Source: Nymphaea colorata
Taxonomy: Eukaryota
DNA: 64,000 nucleotides
Assembly (NCBI RefSeq): GCF_008831285.2
Contig: NC_045138.2
Span: 30,132,001 to 30,196,000, forward strand
Reading direction: 5' to 3'
The notes beneath the pieces were generated by a model. It worked only from the letters and a program-made list of their open reading frames with translations. It was not told the origin of the DNA and did not search any database. Positions 46,751 through 58,800 of this stretch are shown here, piece after piece. The first letter of the stretch is position 1. Each line of letters starts with the position of its first letter. The position numbers were made by a program, and so were the translations under genes.

Positions 46751-49700
46751 CTACCTGATCCAGCTCCCGTTCATGGAATCCTCTTGGTTAGTTTAGTTCA
46801 GATCGTATGGAACCCTACTCACGGAGAAACGGCAAAAGCCCACCTCGATTTCCTGCCGCTGTTCTTGCCCTTAAAGGTTGAACGGCCGCCATGGACAAAA
46901 AGCAGCACCGACAGTCTTTACAAAAGAAAGAGAGTAAAAGAGACCAGCGTCTTTTCGTTTTCGTTAATGTGATGGGCAATGGAGACCAGTCATGTTCTCC
47001 CATCCGTGTGAGAGAGAGTTTCTCTGACAAGGAAGCGTTTCTGCAATAAGAGAGCTAAGAGTTGTTGAAAATCATGAGTTAATATGGCATGGATCTCTGT
47101 AACCTATTAAGGAGAAATAAGTTAATCGAAGATGGTCGGCGTTCTCTCTGTAAATTCAGACAAAGACTTTGCTTGCTTTCTCCATCCCCAAATGGTAATC
47201 AGAACGCAGCGGAGAGCAGGGAGACGACATTCCTATAAACTGCTGCAGAACCAAAAAAGGTTGAACAAGTCTGCCTCGCCTCCTCGTTACTGGGACACCG
47301 CGTTCCTTGGCAGCCGTTGCTTTCAATGGCTGACACCACGAGATAAATGAACCAGAAAGATACGTTCAAAGTTATATACTCTTTACTGTTTTCTACGCAG
47401 TTACTGTCCCCCTCTTCTTCTTCCTCTCCTTTGTTTGGTAAAAACCTGAGGTGTCGTTGTTAGGGGGGATTTACAACGCTTACAGTTGCAGCAATTTAGA
47501 GTCAAAGTGAAGACGCGGATCAAGAAATCTAAGCAACGCGGAGAACAAGAAGGCCGTAAATTACTTACCCAAATCTGGTGTACCAACAAGGTGGAAAACA
47601 CGTTCTATGTGACTTTAAATGATCTAACTACCCAAATGAGGAAATCTTAAATGAGAGAAAGAGAAAGAATAACAAAAAGAAACAACATGCATCTAAACAT
47701 GGGACTTAAGCTATCCTGAGAACATATGGTTTAGACTATGTATACTTTATTTTACCTGTTTTTAGGGGTGTAATATAGTTGGTTGGTTTGGTAGACTGAC
47801 AAAATTTCGGTTTTAACAAGGTAAATAGTGGATATATGTAACATTTTAATTGATAGGTATACCGATCTCCACCCAAGTCTCGAAACAACTTATAATCTTA
47901 AAGAAAGACAAGAGAAATGAGAAAAAAAACCGTAGGCTTCTTCAAAGTATCTACTGGGCCCAATTTCACCTTGACAATTAGCCATACATAAAGAATATGT
48001 CCAGCAACTTGCTAAGTATAAGTCTATTCGGTTCCCATACAGCATCCCGTTCTTGATTGACCACATGAGCCACCACAAATCGAGCGGCCCATTGTTTAGC
48101 CCTTCTAACTTGTGAAGGCATTATTGGCATGAAGTCAGAAACAGTGGATGGTTTTCTCACATCAACTGATAAGAGTCAGCAAACCATTTTTAGTGAAAAA
48201 TCTCGCACCAGTATCGATGCAAACCAGAACAAATGGGTGGAAGTTGAAGCCTGATTTTTAGACATTATTATGCAGACCGCTGTTCAATAGAATTGACCAC
48301 GCCAAAGTTTCTCAGTGTGGCTTGCAATTGAGAAGCAACCTTCTAACTCATGCGTCCACGAAGAAAACAAATGAAATGAAACTATTCTTGCTGCGTTTCT
48401 TGAATACAGAAGCCCCCCATAAGTGAGAAGTGATTGCCCTTCAAAACTGGTTGAGGTGAAATAATGGGGAGTCAGGGTTAAGGGACACTAGTTATAAAAT
48501 TTTTATTTTTTAACTGACACCAATATATAGATAAAAAAATTACCATGAAGAATCAATATAAAAATAAGTATTTTTTGTGGATGTATATGACCCAAGCCAG
48601 CTGAGCAGCTGCTTGGCCAGAGCGAGATTTAATATTGGCTTGGCCAAGTACATTGATTGAGTACTCGCTAAATTCAGACCAGGTACTCCAATACAGCAAG
48701 CAATGTGCAGCTTATAAACAGTGCTGTAAAAGTCAGAAACTGAATTTAAATCAAATAAGAAAAAACTATTGTTCTGTTTCGAATGATTAAATTTTGACAA
48801 CATAGATTCCAGGGGCTGCTCTGTTTCTTACTTGAATGTACTAACAATGGTACACTCACAGGCCTAAAACGACCAGTATGCGGCAGCTCTCTGTCAGTCT
48901 CATGAAGTGTGTGACCTGCTCTCAGCCACAGCTCCCCACTTCTCTGCACGGCCGTCTGCTGTAGATTTCGCCGGAAAATATGTAACTCCGGCTACCGGGT
49001 CTTTCCGCCCACCGGCCGACATGAACTACAGTAAAATTCTTTCAAGATCATGAGATCATAACATGGGGAACAGTAATTTTGACTGGCCACGCATGCAAAA
49101 TCCCTTCCCCAGCATCGCTTCTGTCCTTGCCCGTGAAACACGGCCAGAAACGCAGAGAGGGAGAGAAAGAGGGGGCTGTAGGCCGTGGAACAAATACCAT
49201 TTTGAGCGTACATTCCTGCCTTTGCCGACGTCGACAGCCAACACCTTTTTATAACAAAAAGGGGAAAGAAGAATAATCCCCACAAGAAGCAGCAGCGATC
49301 AGGCTTCGGCTATGGCCGCGATGTCCCCGTAGCCGTTCTTTTCTCACCCCGCTCTTCACCACCATTTTATTATTACAGGAACGCATTCATTTGATATTCA
49401 TGGGGCTCCACCAACAGCCACCGGGGAAGAAAAAGGAACTCGGAAAACCCAAAAGTTTCCTCCTAATTATTGGTGGTATTTTTTTGAGATTGTGCATCGA
49501 TGATAGAGGGAGAGGGACAGAGTTTTCTAAAACCAGAGGCTGCATAGAATGTAAGCAATTGAACACCGTTTTGCATGAAAGAAAAACTCGACCAAGAACG
49601 TTGTATAAGCATATGTGCAAACGTAGAGCAGTATGTAGATGAATCATATTATTCAATTACTCAACTACCAAGTTTCGATTTTGAATCCCTTTGTTCGATT

Positions 49701-49996
49701 TTGGTAAAAAAAAATTCGAGTTCAATCACTAACTGAATCTGGATGCGGATTTCATATGTCTCGGATGAGGTAAACTCCAACTAAATATTGGATCTTCTAT
49801 TAATGAAATGTGAATATGGTTTGAAACACGAAGCCGTAATACGAATCCCAATCCAAATCTGGTTATATTTAATTCATTTAAATCAAGTTCCACCCGAATC
49901 CGAGATGTTTATAGGGGAGCAACTAGACCTAGAAGGCTAGACCGACCCCAGAGAGAGAGTGGGAGAGAGAGAGATTGGAAGGTTGGTCATTTTTGG

Positions 49997-50006
49997 CTAT
50001 ATAAAC
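49997..50006 (+). promoter_or_regulatory. Putative TATA box of the YUCCA gene
   Basis: CTATATAAAC followed by a CT-rich leader, about 450 bp upstream of the YUCCA ATG. Confidence 0.5.
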
Positions 50007-50450
50007 GAATGAACTCTTTTGCTGCAGGCAAGATTAGGAGAGTTCTCTCTTTCTCTCTTGCTCTGCTCTCTCGGATTTCTGGCTGGCTCACATGTTACAG
50101 ATGTGTTGGGATTCCGAGCCCCTTGGGTTTGCAACGAATAACCAGTTCCAGGAAGTGGATAAGTCTGCGCGAAATCCATTCGAAGAATGCGGAGGCTTCT
50201 TCCTATAGGTCCTCCACCTCCGCTTCTTGAGGAGGCAATCCAGTTATAGATAAGAAAGGAAGAAGTTGCGATTCATCCTCTCTTCACCCCTGTTCTCCTT
50301 CTTCTTCTCGTACTTGAATAATCTGTACTCTCCCCTTGTGTTTTCATTCCATGATCCGAGAGCAAAGTGGTTGATTTGATTTCTGCCACTGCGTTTTTTT
50401 TCTCTGTATTTTCTCTTCTTCCCTGCTTTGCCTTTTGCTGTGCATGCGCA

Positions 50451-51296
50451 ATGGATTGCCTGAGAGAGCAGCAAGGCAAGCGGCTGCACGACGGGTTTTT
50501 CGAGAAGAGGAGCAAGAGCAGAAGCAGGTTCGTGTGGGTTCCGGGGCCTTTGATCGTCGGAGCAGGGCCGTCAGGACTGGCGACGGCCGCTTGCTTGAAG
50601 GAGAGAGGCGTGCCGAGCCTCATCCTCGAAAGGGCTCATTGCATAGCGTCTCTCTGGCAATTGAAGACGTATGATCGCCTCCGGCTGCACCTCCCCAAGA
50701 ACTTCTGCGAGCTCCCGCTCTTTCCTTTCCCGCCGGAGTTCCCCACTTACCCCACCAAGGAGCAGTTCATCCGTTACCTGGAGTCCTACGCGAAGCACTT
50801 CGGCCTCCGGCCGGTGTTCAACGAAACGGTGGTCAGCGCCGAGTACGACCGCAGCTTCGGGTTCTGGAGGGTCAAGGGAGTTAGCTGCGAAGAGGGTGGC
50901 TGCTGCAAGCCGCAGGAGACGGAGTACGTTTGCCGGTGGCTGGTAGTCGCCACCGGGGAGAATGCGGAGGCCGTGATTCCTGACATCCCCGGCGCCGCTG
51001 ATTTTTCTGGCCCCCTCGTCCACACGAGCTGTTATAAGAGCGGTGCTGCTTTTCGCCGGAAAAGAGTGTTGGTCGTTGGCTGTGGAAATTCCGGCATGGA
51101 GGTCTGTCTCGACCTCTGCAACCACAATGCGTATCCTTCATTAGTTGTTCGTAAGGCGGTACGTGAAGTCTTCCAAATATCTTTTCTCCCCTCCCCAACT
51201 CCTCTGTTTTCTTCATCAATCCCATTTGTGGATTATCCAGTCAACGACAATTCTGCCTCCCCTCTTCACAATTCGCTTTCCATTACTCCTGTACTC

Positions 51297-51349
<53 letters not shown>

Positions 51350-53080
51350 TGGCTGATTATACACTACAGTTGGAAAATCGAACAGGCTTTGATGTACGTG
51401 TGTCCTAAAAACATAGTAACATGTCATTGAACTTCATAGGGGAAGGGCGTCTAGAATCTCAGACTTCCAATATAGGGTACAAGAATTTTCAATAAGCAAA
51501 AAAGGGTACCTAAAAATTTTACATGAAAATATAAAAGATGTGCTGGATACCCAATTCACAAGTGCTAACATATCCAGAAAGAACTTAATTGTCTTTGTCA
51601 CTATGAGACATTAAAATCTAATCACACTTATTCTCCATTTTGTGCCATATAATATAGAGAATGATATCTATGGACTTAAAGGACTTTTTAACAACTTTTT
51701 TCAGTACTGAAAGCTCTACCTGTGAGCATCTCCATGATTCTATTATTTGTTTATTTGTTACTTATCTTTACATGGTTTAAATAATGTGTATGTAGGTGCA
51801 TGTATTGCCAAGAGAAATGCTTGGAACGTCTACGTTCGGGCTATCGATGTTCTTGCTCAAGTGGTTTTCGGTGAAGGTGGTGGACAAGTTCCTTCTGCTG
51901 ATGACTTGGTTGATCATGGGCAGCACAGATACACTGGGTCTTGGTCGACCCCAAATGGGCCCTCTCGAGCTCAAGAACAAAAGTGGCAAGACCCCCGTCC
52001 TCGACGTCGGCGCTTTCGCCAAGATCAAATCAGGCGACATCAAGGTCAATAAAATTTGAACAAACACTTCTTTTCTTGGGCCTGTTTGAATCTGACAAGC
52101 AGTTCTCGAAGAGAATTTCTTTCTAGCGACGAAAAGAAATCGTGAAAGAGAAAAAATCTCTTCCGTCCCGAACAGGTCTGTGGTGGAAAAAGTGGCTGGT
52201 TCTGGAAGAATTTCTTTTGTTGGGAGAGTCTTTCTCTGAACAGTACTAGGAAAATTTCTTCTTTCTTTTCCAACAGTACCATTTTTGTTATAGTTTATCC
52301 TATGATCTCTCCCCCTGCAGTAACTTACTTTGAGTTGCCAATTGAATTCGGGTATGTGCTTGATTGCAACTTGCAGGTGCGGCCGGAGATAAAGCGGCTG
52401 ACGGCGAACGGAGCGGAGTTCGTTGACGGCAAAACAGAAGAGCTGGACGCCATAATCCTCGCCACGGGTTACCGGAGCAACGTCCCCTCTTGGCTAAAGG
52501 TGACGACCAATTTCAAAATTCTGTGTTCTTTTCCTTGAAATTGGAGACCTACGCTACTCGAATTTACACTACCATCCAATCGAAAACCCATGATGTTGCA
52601 GGTTAGCTGAGTAAATCAAACATTGAAAGTTCATTAGAGATCCCTTAGTAAATACACCTTATTATCATTTACAGCCACTCTTCTTACAACCATCAATTCT
52701 TGTTCGAAAAGTTTCTCTGCCGTCGGTATATATGAATGAAACCAACGAAGCCTTAAAACAAAAGGACTTAACTTCCGATTCTTTTCATGTCTGTAACTGT
52801 AACTGTAAGTGATTGGGAATACCACTGAGATTACAGTTTTGTTTCTGTGTTGGAACAGGAGGGGGATATGTTCTCAGAGAAGGATGGGCTGCCAAGGAGG
52901 CCGTTTCCGGAGGGGTGGAAGGGAGAGAATGGGCTCTACGCCGTGGGGTTCACAAAGAGAGGGATACTCGGCGCTTGTATGGATGCCAGGAGGATCGCAC
53001 AAGAGATCGATTACAGTTGGAAAGCCGAGTCTAAACCAATCTTTCTGGCGACCGCCACTCCAACATCACTACCATATTAA
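50451..53080 (+). CDS. YUC: YUCCA flavin monooxygenase (indole-3-pyruvate monooxygenase, auxin biosynthesis; YUC2/YUC6-like), about 433 aa, 4 exons
   Basis: Exons 50451-51158, 51796-52044, 52377-52499 and 52859-53080, all GT-AG and in frame. FAD motif [27 protein letters not shown] signature [17 protein letters not shown] motif GCGNSG, and ATGY. Confidence 0.96.
51299..51349. repeat. Compound (TA)n(GA)n microsatellite in YUCCA intron 1
   Basis: Directly visible. Confidence 0.9.
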
Positions 53081-53812
53081 AAAAACTAAAAATTTTCTCA
53101 GAGAGAGAGAGAGAAGAGAGAGAGATTGTGTGTCTAATCGGCTGGACTGATTACTTGCTTCCAACTAGTTTTAACTGAGTTGAAGGTAACCCATTACCAC
53201 AGAGACAGAGAGAGAGAAAGAGAGAGAGAGGGAGAGACAGATTAACCATCTGAGCCATGTTGGTGCTTGTGTGTGGATGAAGATGATGAGAGATGTACCG
53301 ATCGAACAAGAAGCTCTTCGGATGCAGGTTGTGTGTGTGTTTGGTTATATATATTATGTAACTTGATTCTCTAACCTTGTCACATGTGATGATGATCAAT
53401 AGGAAAAGTTTATCGGGAGATTATATACAACATTCCCCAAAAAAATTTTACTTGGTGTTCATCTTTGAGTTCCACACTTCAAAATCTACTTCCATCTTCT
53501 GGAAGGGCAAATCCTGTCTCCAGAGTTAGAAACTATTCCCCTTTTAAATAAAAATATAAAAACATGGTTCTGCTCATTTACGACCTGTGCTTGATTCACA
53601 GCTAGCCTTCTTTCTATTATTTTCTTATTATTTTAAGGCCAAGAGGCGCACTTCGGCAGTAAAGTCCCAATCCCAACAAGGTGAATGAAACTCTTAAGAT
53701 TGTATTACTCAACCGAGTAAAATCAGGAACTTTTTCTTCCAATCACCATGCAATAATGCGTGCATGGATCCCACCAAGTGTTGTGGGCAATATAGTTCAA
53801 ATTTTAGATTGG

Positions 53813-54138
53813 TAGGAGAATGTCAATGGATCGGATTTGAATCAGGTGGCCATTTTCAAATTTCAGATTTGTCAACTTTTCATGCATTTGGATTCGAAAA
53901 CTAGTGAACAAAAACATATACCATATATGCCATACATGAATCCAAATCAGATTGTATATAGTTTTTTCAATGCAAATTTAGTTTTTTAATGGAATGCTAA
54001 TCCTTATAACAAAATTTGTTGAAGTACTTCGATCACATATACAATTCAACCCAATCCAAATAACCATAACAAAATTTTCATAAGTCCAAATCCAAATAGT
54101 GTCAAACTTCTAGCTCGATTCAAGTTAGGACATCCCAA
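53813..54138. mobile_element. Degenerate copy of the 4237-4600 MITE family
   Basis: Begins ATGTCAATGGATCGGATTTGAATCAG (compare ATGTCAATTGATCAGATTCGAATCAG at about 4242). Carries ATCCAAATC repeats and ends GGACATCCCA. Confidence 0.5.
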
Positions 54139-54609
54139 TCTTAGCAGCCGCAAAGCATCGACAGCCTTGCTAGCTAGACAAGATTGTGACTCGCGTTTGT
54201 TACTTTTATTCGTATGTATATATATATGTGTGTGTATGCATATGCAAGCAAGCACTAGCAAGCAGCCCCACATGCATGTACATATATGTAAAGTATGAAA
54301 GTAGCATGGGAAGGAGCTACTAGGGTATGGGTTAGGCCCACTCCATGAAAGCTTAGTCGAGCTTTATCCTCAAATTTTCCATTTGAAGTGCATGTGAAGG
54401 ATGGGGAAGAGGAGAAAGTTGGTACCATCCTTGGGCTCTATGTGGCGCAAACAAGCACGTAGTTGACGGCTTCGCCGACCGCCTACACCCTTTGCCCCTT
54501 TCTCTTTTGTGTTTTTGCTTTACTTCGAACTGCAGCCAGCCAGGACCATTGCAATTTGCATGTCCATCTCATATGAGCTCTTTACGAACAGCTTTTGAGC
54601 GGTTGAGAT

Positions 54610-54774
54610 CAGTGGTGGAGCCAGAAATTTCTAACTAAGGGGCTCTGTCAGTTTAAATTTCAAACTTTAAGGAGCACTCATATATTAAAAAACTAAAAAT
54701 TTGTGAAGTTTATATACTTAAGTAGAGTGATTTTGTGGGCTAGTGTGGGCAATTATAATGTAGCTCCGCCTCTC
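54610..54774. mobile_element. Non-autonomous hAT-type MITE (165 bp) with perfect 8-bp TSD
   Basis: TIRs CAGTGGTGGAGC ... GCTCCGCCTCTC. TSD GTTGAGAT at 54602-54609 and 54775-54782. Confidence 0.85.
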
Positions 54775-55409
54775 GTTGAGATTCATTTTTTCCACCGCTA
54801 CTTATACCAACTAGGTTAGCACCTTCCCCTCCAATCGCAGCATAAAATGTGCGTGTGGGTCCCACCAAGTATTAAGAAAATTTGCTGAATTTTAAGTGTT
54901 TTTAAAAGAAAGAAATGCACTCAAATTACATGGTTCCAGGATTTAGATCCCACATATATTTTTGAGGCCTTAATTTTGTGACACGAAGAGGATTAGAGAA
55001 AGGTGTATGTATCTCCCTTCATCCGTAAGTGAAGAGGAAGAGTTGATTTTTCTCGAAATGTGGTACATACCAATCCACAACCATGAACTGCATTTTTGGC
55101 TGTGCTAATGTGATGACTTATATAACCATGACTTATAAAATCAAGCAAATTATAGGCCGATTATCGAGCATAAGCTAAAACAATATCCTCTTGAACCCCT
55201 CACAATGTTACCAGACAGAATTTACCAAAGGAATTGTCTTGAAAATCGTCAGATGAACAAAAACCAAATGTGTTCGAACAAACCATTCTCCATACTAAAA
55301 AAATGATACTGGACAAGAATATTCAACCACATTTTGGTGTGCATAAGGGGCAGGCACACTTTGGTCCATTCTTCATTATGGGCTTAAAGAAGCATAAAGG
55401 CTGTGTTAC

Positions 55410-55576
55410 ATACATTCACTGTCTGCCCAATATTGTTGCCCAAAACTTGGCAAGTACGTACATTCACTGTCTGCCATAGACTTGGCATTGAAGACACATA
55501 CTGTCTCCCCAATGTTTCCCAAGACTTGGCAATGCACAGACTCTCTGTCTCCCCAGTGTTGCCCAAAACTTGGAAC
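55410..55576. repeat. Degenerate minisatellite, about 4 units of 40-50 bp
   Basis: Recurring CTGTCT(G/C)CCCA ... CCCAA(A/G)ACTTGG. Confidence 0.7.
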
Positions 55577-55702
55577 CATAGTCAGTGCCAACAATGGAAT
55601 ATATCTACTGCATTTAGACAACATGTATCAGCTTCCTGTGGGCACATATTTGAAACCATTCAACAGCATATGAGCATTTTCATATATAAGCTGCGATATC
55701 AC

Positions 55703-55770
55703 CAGTGGCAGAGCCAAAAAAAATTGGCTGGAGGTGCACTCATTTAGAAATACTCATATATGGAGGGGCA

Positions 55771-55809
<39 letters not shown>

Positions 55810-55897
55810 GTAAATAGTTTGAGATGCCTTCATAAAAATCAAGAAATTTTAAGGAACTGCCCACACCAGACTACATATTATATAGTCTTTGCCACTG
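55703..55897. mobile_element. hAT-type MITE related to 54610-54774, containing an (AT)n tract
   Basis: TIRs CAGTGGCAGAG ... CTTTGCCACTG. Flanks ATATCAC / ATATTAC form a near-TSD. Shares GCACT(C/T)ATATAT with the 54610 element. Confidence 0.75.
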
Positions 55898-58800
55898 ATA
55901 TTACGGAATCTCAGCATTCATGCTACACAATGTAAATTGCCAATTATCTACTTGGTCTAATATGCCAAGAAAAGACTGAAGTGAATTTGATGCCCAAACT
56001 TAGGTAATTGATCAAATCACTAGGATCACATTAAGATTCAATACTGTAACTTTAAGATGGCTCTGCTCCATCATCAATTCCAACCATCGCTTTTTCATCT
56101 AAGGAAACTCCCCTCTGATTTAGCTGACCTTTCATCTCTTATTCCCCAGGGCGAGGTGACATGTGGGGGCCGAGATCCACTTATTCAAAAGGCCCTCTCT
56201 TTCCCCTACCTCGAAGGTCTTAGACTACTGCATCGAGGCTTGGATGGGCAGCGGACCCCGTTTAATACAGCAGCTTACCCTTATACTTCTTCTACTTCCT
56301 TCTGCATAAAAAAAAATAGCAATTATGAGACAATGAAGACTATATCTAGAAACATTATATTCCTTATTAAGGGAAAGAAGGAAAGAGAGTTCTTAAAATA
56401 TATGCACTAAATAGACACCACTACTTAATTATGAGTTGTTTGATTGACTTCATTAATAATTAATAAATTAGTAAACGAGAAGATCATTTATTTTAGAAGA
56501 GACAGAATTGAAAAAATGTTATGACGTTAATATGCGTCATCTTCAAGAAACCATATTATTTAGTATGAGCACTACAAAATATAGCATTTTGTTTGCCCTA
56601 ATTTTATCAATCTCGTAAAATTATTATTATTATATATATATATATATATATAGTTGACTTGGGAGGGAGACCCAGCTTGTTGGGTGCTCCAAATCCGACG
56701 TTTTTTAATCTACTTATAAAATGCGGCTTCCATGCGTTATGATGATGAGTATTATTCTTCCTCTCACTTTTCTTTTTCTTCTGTCATTCAATTTTCATCC
56801 AAACCTTGTTTTTCACACTTCCAGACTTCCACCTTTTTGGAATCATCAGTGTGCTGAAGAATGATCTATCATTTTATAATAATGGTACCTCCGCCATTTT
56901 TCAATATATATATATCCAAATAGCCACAAAGTTTGGGTTTAATATGCGCTTATTACTGCCTTTTTTTTTTGTCTGCACTATTAAATTAAAAAGTAAATCC
57001 TCATTTTTAGAGGGACTGCCTTGTGGACACAATTTCTAATATGAGTCTTACCAGTCACCTTTTTTAATGTAAACTTCACTTTGCTTTTTCTGTCTTTTTT
57101 TAGCCCTTTGTTTTGAGGGGCATAACATAGCTGATTAGTCGGATCAATAGGTAAAAGACAAGTAAGATGTTTGATGCTCGTGATTGTTACTCTTATTGAC
57201 TGGAAAAGGAGGGATTGTGATATTTAAGTTAAAAGGTGTACCATACCATACCTAGGTCTTGACTTTAGAGGTAAAAGAAATGGAAGACTATTTAGCCTTC
57301 TTCAAGTAGTAGTAGGTTGTTAACCTTTTGTTCATGTTCACCCGAAGTTTAAAGAATGAAACTGGCGACCTTTTCTTTGAGAATTGTTAAAACCACTACC
57401 TAACTAAAATTTTCAATGTGAGAAAGCATATATAATTTTTTTATGCATCCACAAATGGCATGCTTTAAGGCTTCTTTTTTCTATTGTTAATAGACATGAC
57501 CTTTCTAAGGAGCATACGTTATGAGATGAAAATAAGACTGGTTTAGAACTAGTCTTCCTCCTTGCCCTCTCCTCTTAAAGTATGTTTGCTTTCATGTTAA
57601 TGTAGTTGAGTTGTGGACATATGTGCCAAGTTTCTCAACTAAAAATGGTTCATATCAAAATGCCTTTTTTGTTAAACGAAGGACTCTTCACTAATAGGGG
57701 CTTTGAAATCTGAAAAAATACATAACATGAAATTACCAAAGTACCCATCTAGTCAAAGAGGGGTAACATTTGTGAAATAGCAAAACACCAGGTCCTCAAA
57801 ATGAAAATTTTCTTATTGAAAACCACATGTCAATGAAAAAGGACTCGTGAGGGTCGATCCTGGTTCGGCACTTCATGTATTAGTTGGCATTCGCATCCTA
57901 AAAATTAATCGCATATTTATGGTCAAAAGTTCTGGTAGAACACTGTTTTAGGCATACTCCTGCGTGCACGCCATGTGCATTAAATTTCTCAATACATAAT
58001 GGGCATTTGATCTGTGGAACAAAACATCATTTCTACATAACACAATAACATTCGATCGACATTCTATAAATTTTGCAGAACAGTGAAGAAACTCATTTTT
58101 CTCTCTGTTCTACCCAAGTATGGTAAAACTCATCTAATCAAATGCTGTAACAGAGATATTATGTTTGTATTTCATGAATCTGTTTTAAAGATTAAGATAG
58201 ATTTTTGTCCGTGTGAATCTATCCTATTTTCTCGGATAAATTCCTAAGGCACTAACTTACGTATTCATGTTACCAAACACCCCCTATAAAAGCTTTAGGT
58301 TAAACTCATAATAGCCTTTGATGGAGTTGATCTCGACAAAAGCACACACACACATGCACATGCAAACGCTTGATGTGGACGGATGCAGAAGATCCTTCAG
58401 TCACTTACCACACCAGGAGGCAGCCACCGGTGCCAATAAGGGCCAGTAAGCTGCTAGTCAACTCCGGCCAGTGGGCCAGAAGCCGGGGATGTAGGCTAGG
58501 GGATCTGTTACCGAACATGTTCATTGTAACATTCGACGACTATCAAAAGGACAGGAGTATTAGCTTCTCACCCTTTCTATTCGCTTTAACTTTTTATCTG
58601 AATAGAAAAATGGCTGGCACCCACTTAAGGTGTGTGTATATATTATATATAAACTATTGCTATGATCTTAGCAAATTTAACAGTTTTGATAGGGGAATAG
58701 ATGCTTATGTTCAAAGTTGAGCATAAGTACACCAGAAAATGATGATAGACTTGTCAGGATGAACCTCATCGTTCCATAAATACACCCTTTTCAGTATCTC

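Noticed and set aside
47890..48160. Trp-rich short ORFs vaguely like LINE ORF2 C-termini (also 25730-25930)
   Set aside because: No RT, endonuclease or zinc-finger motif is recognisable. A profile search would be needed.
51131..51138. GTATCCTT (U12 donor consensus) inside YUCCA exon 1
   Set aside because: It lies within the coding sequence (..AYPSLVVR). The canonical GT donor at 51159 gives the correct frame.
50435..51225. Antisense and overlapping ORFs over YUCCA exon 1, and the extended start at 50367
   Set aside because: Explained by high GC3 in the exon. The 50367 start is GTG, while ATG 50451 matches YUC-type N-termini.
55410..55576. Repeat-spacer appearance suggestive of a CRISPR array (also 22410-22461)
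   Set aside because: Plant nuclear context, degenerate units without unique regular spacers, and no cas genes.
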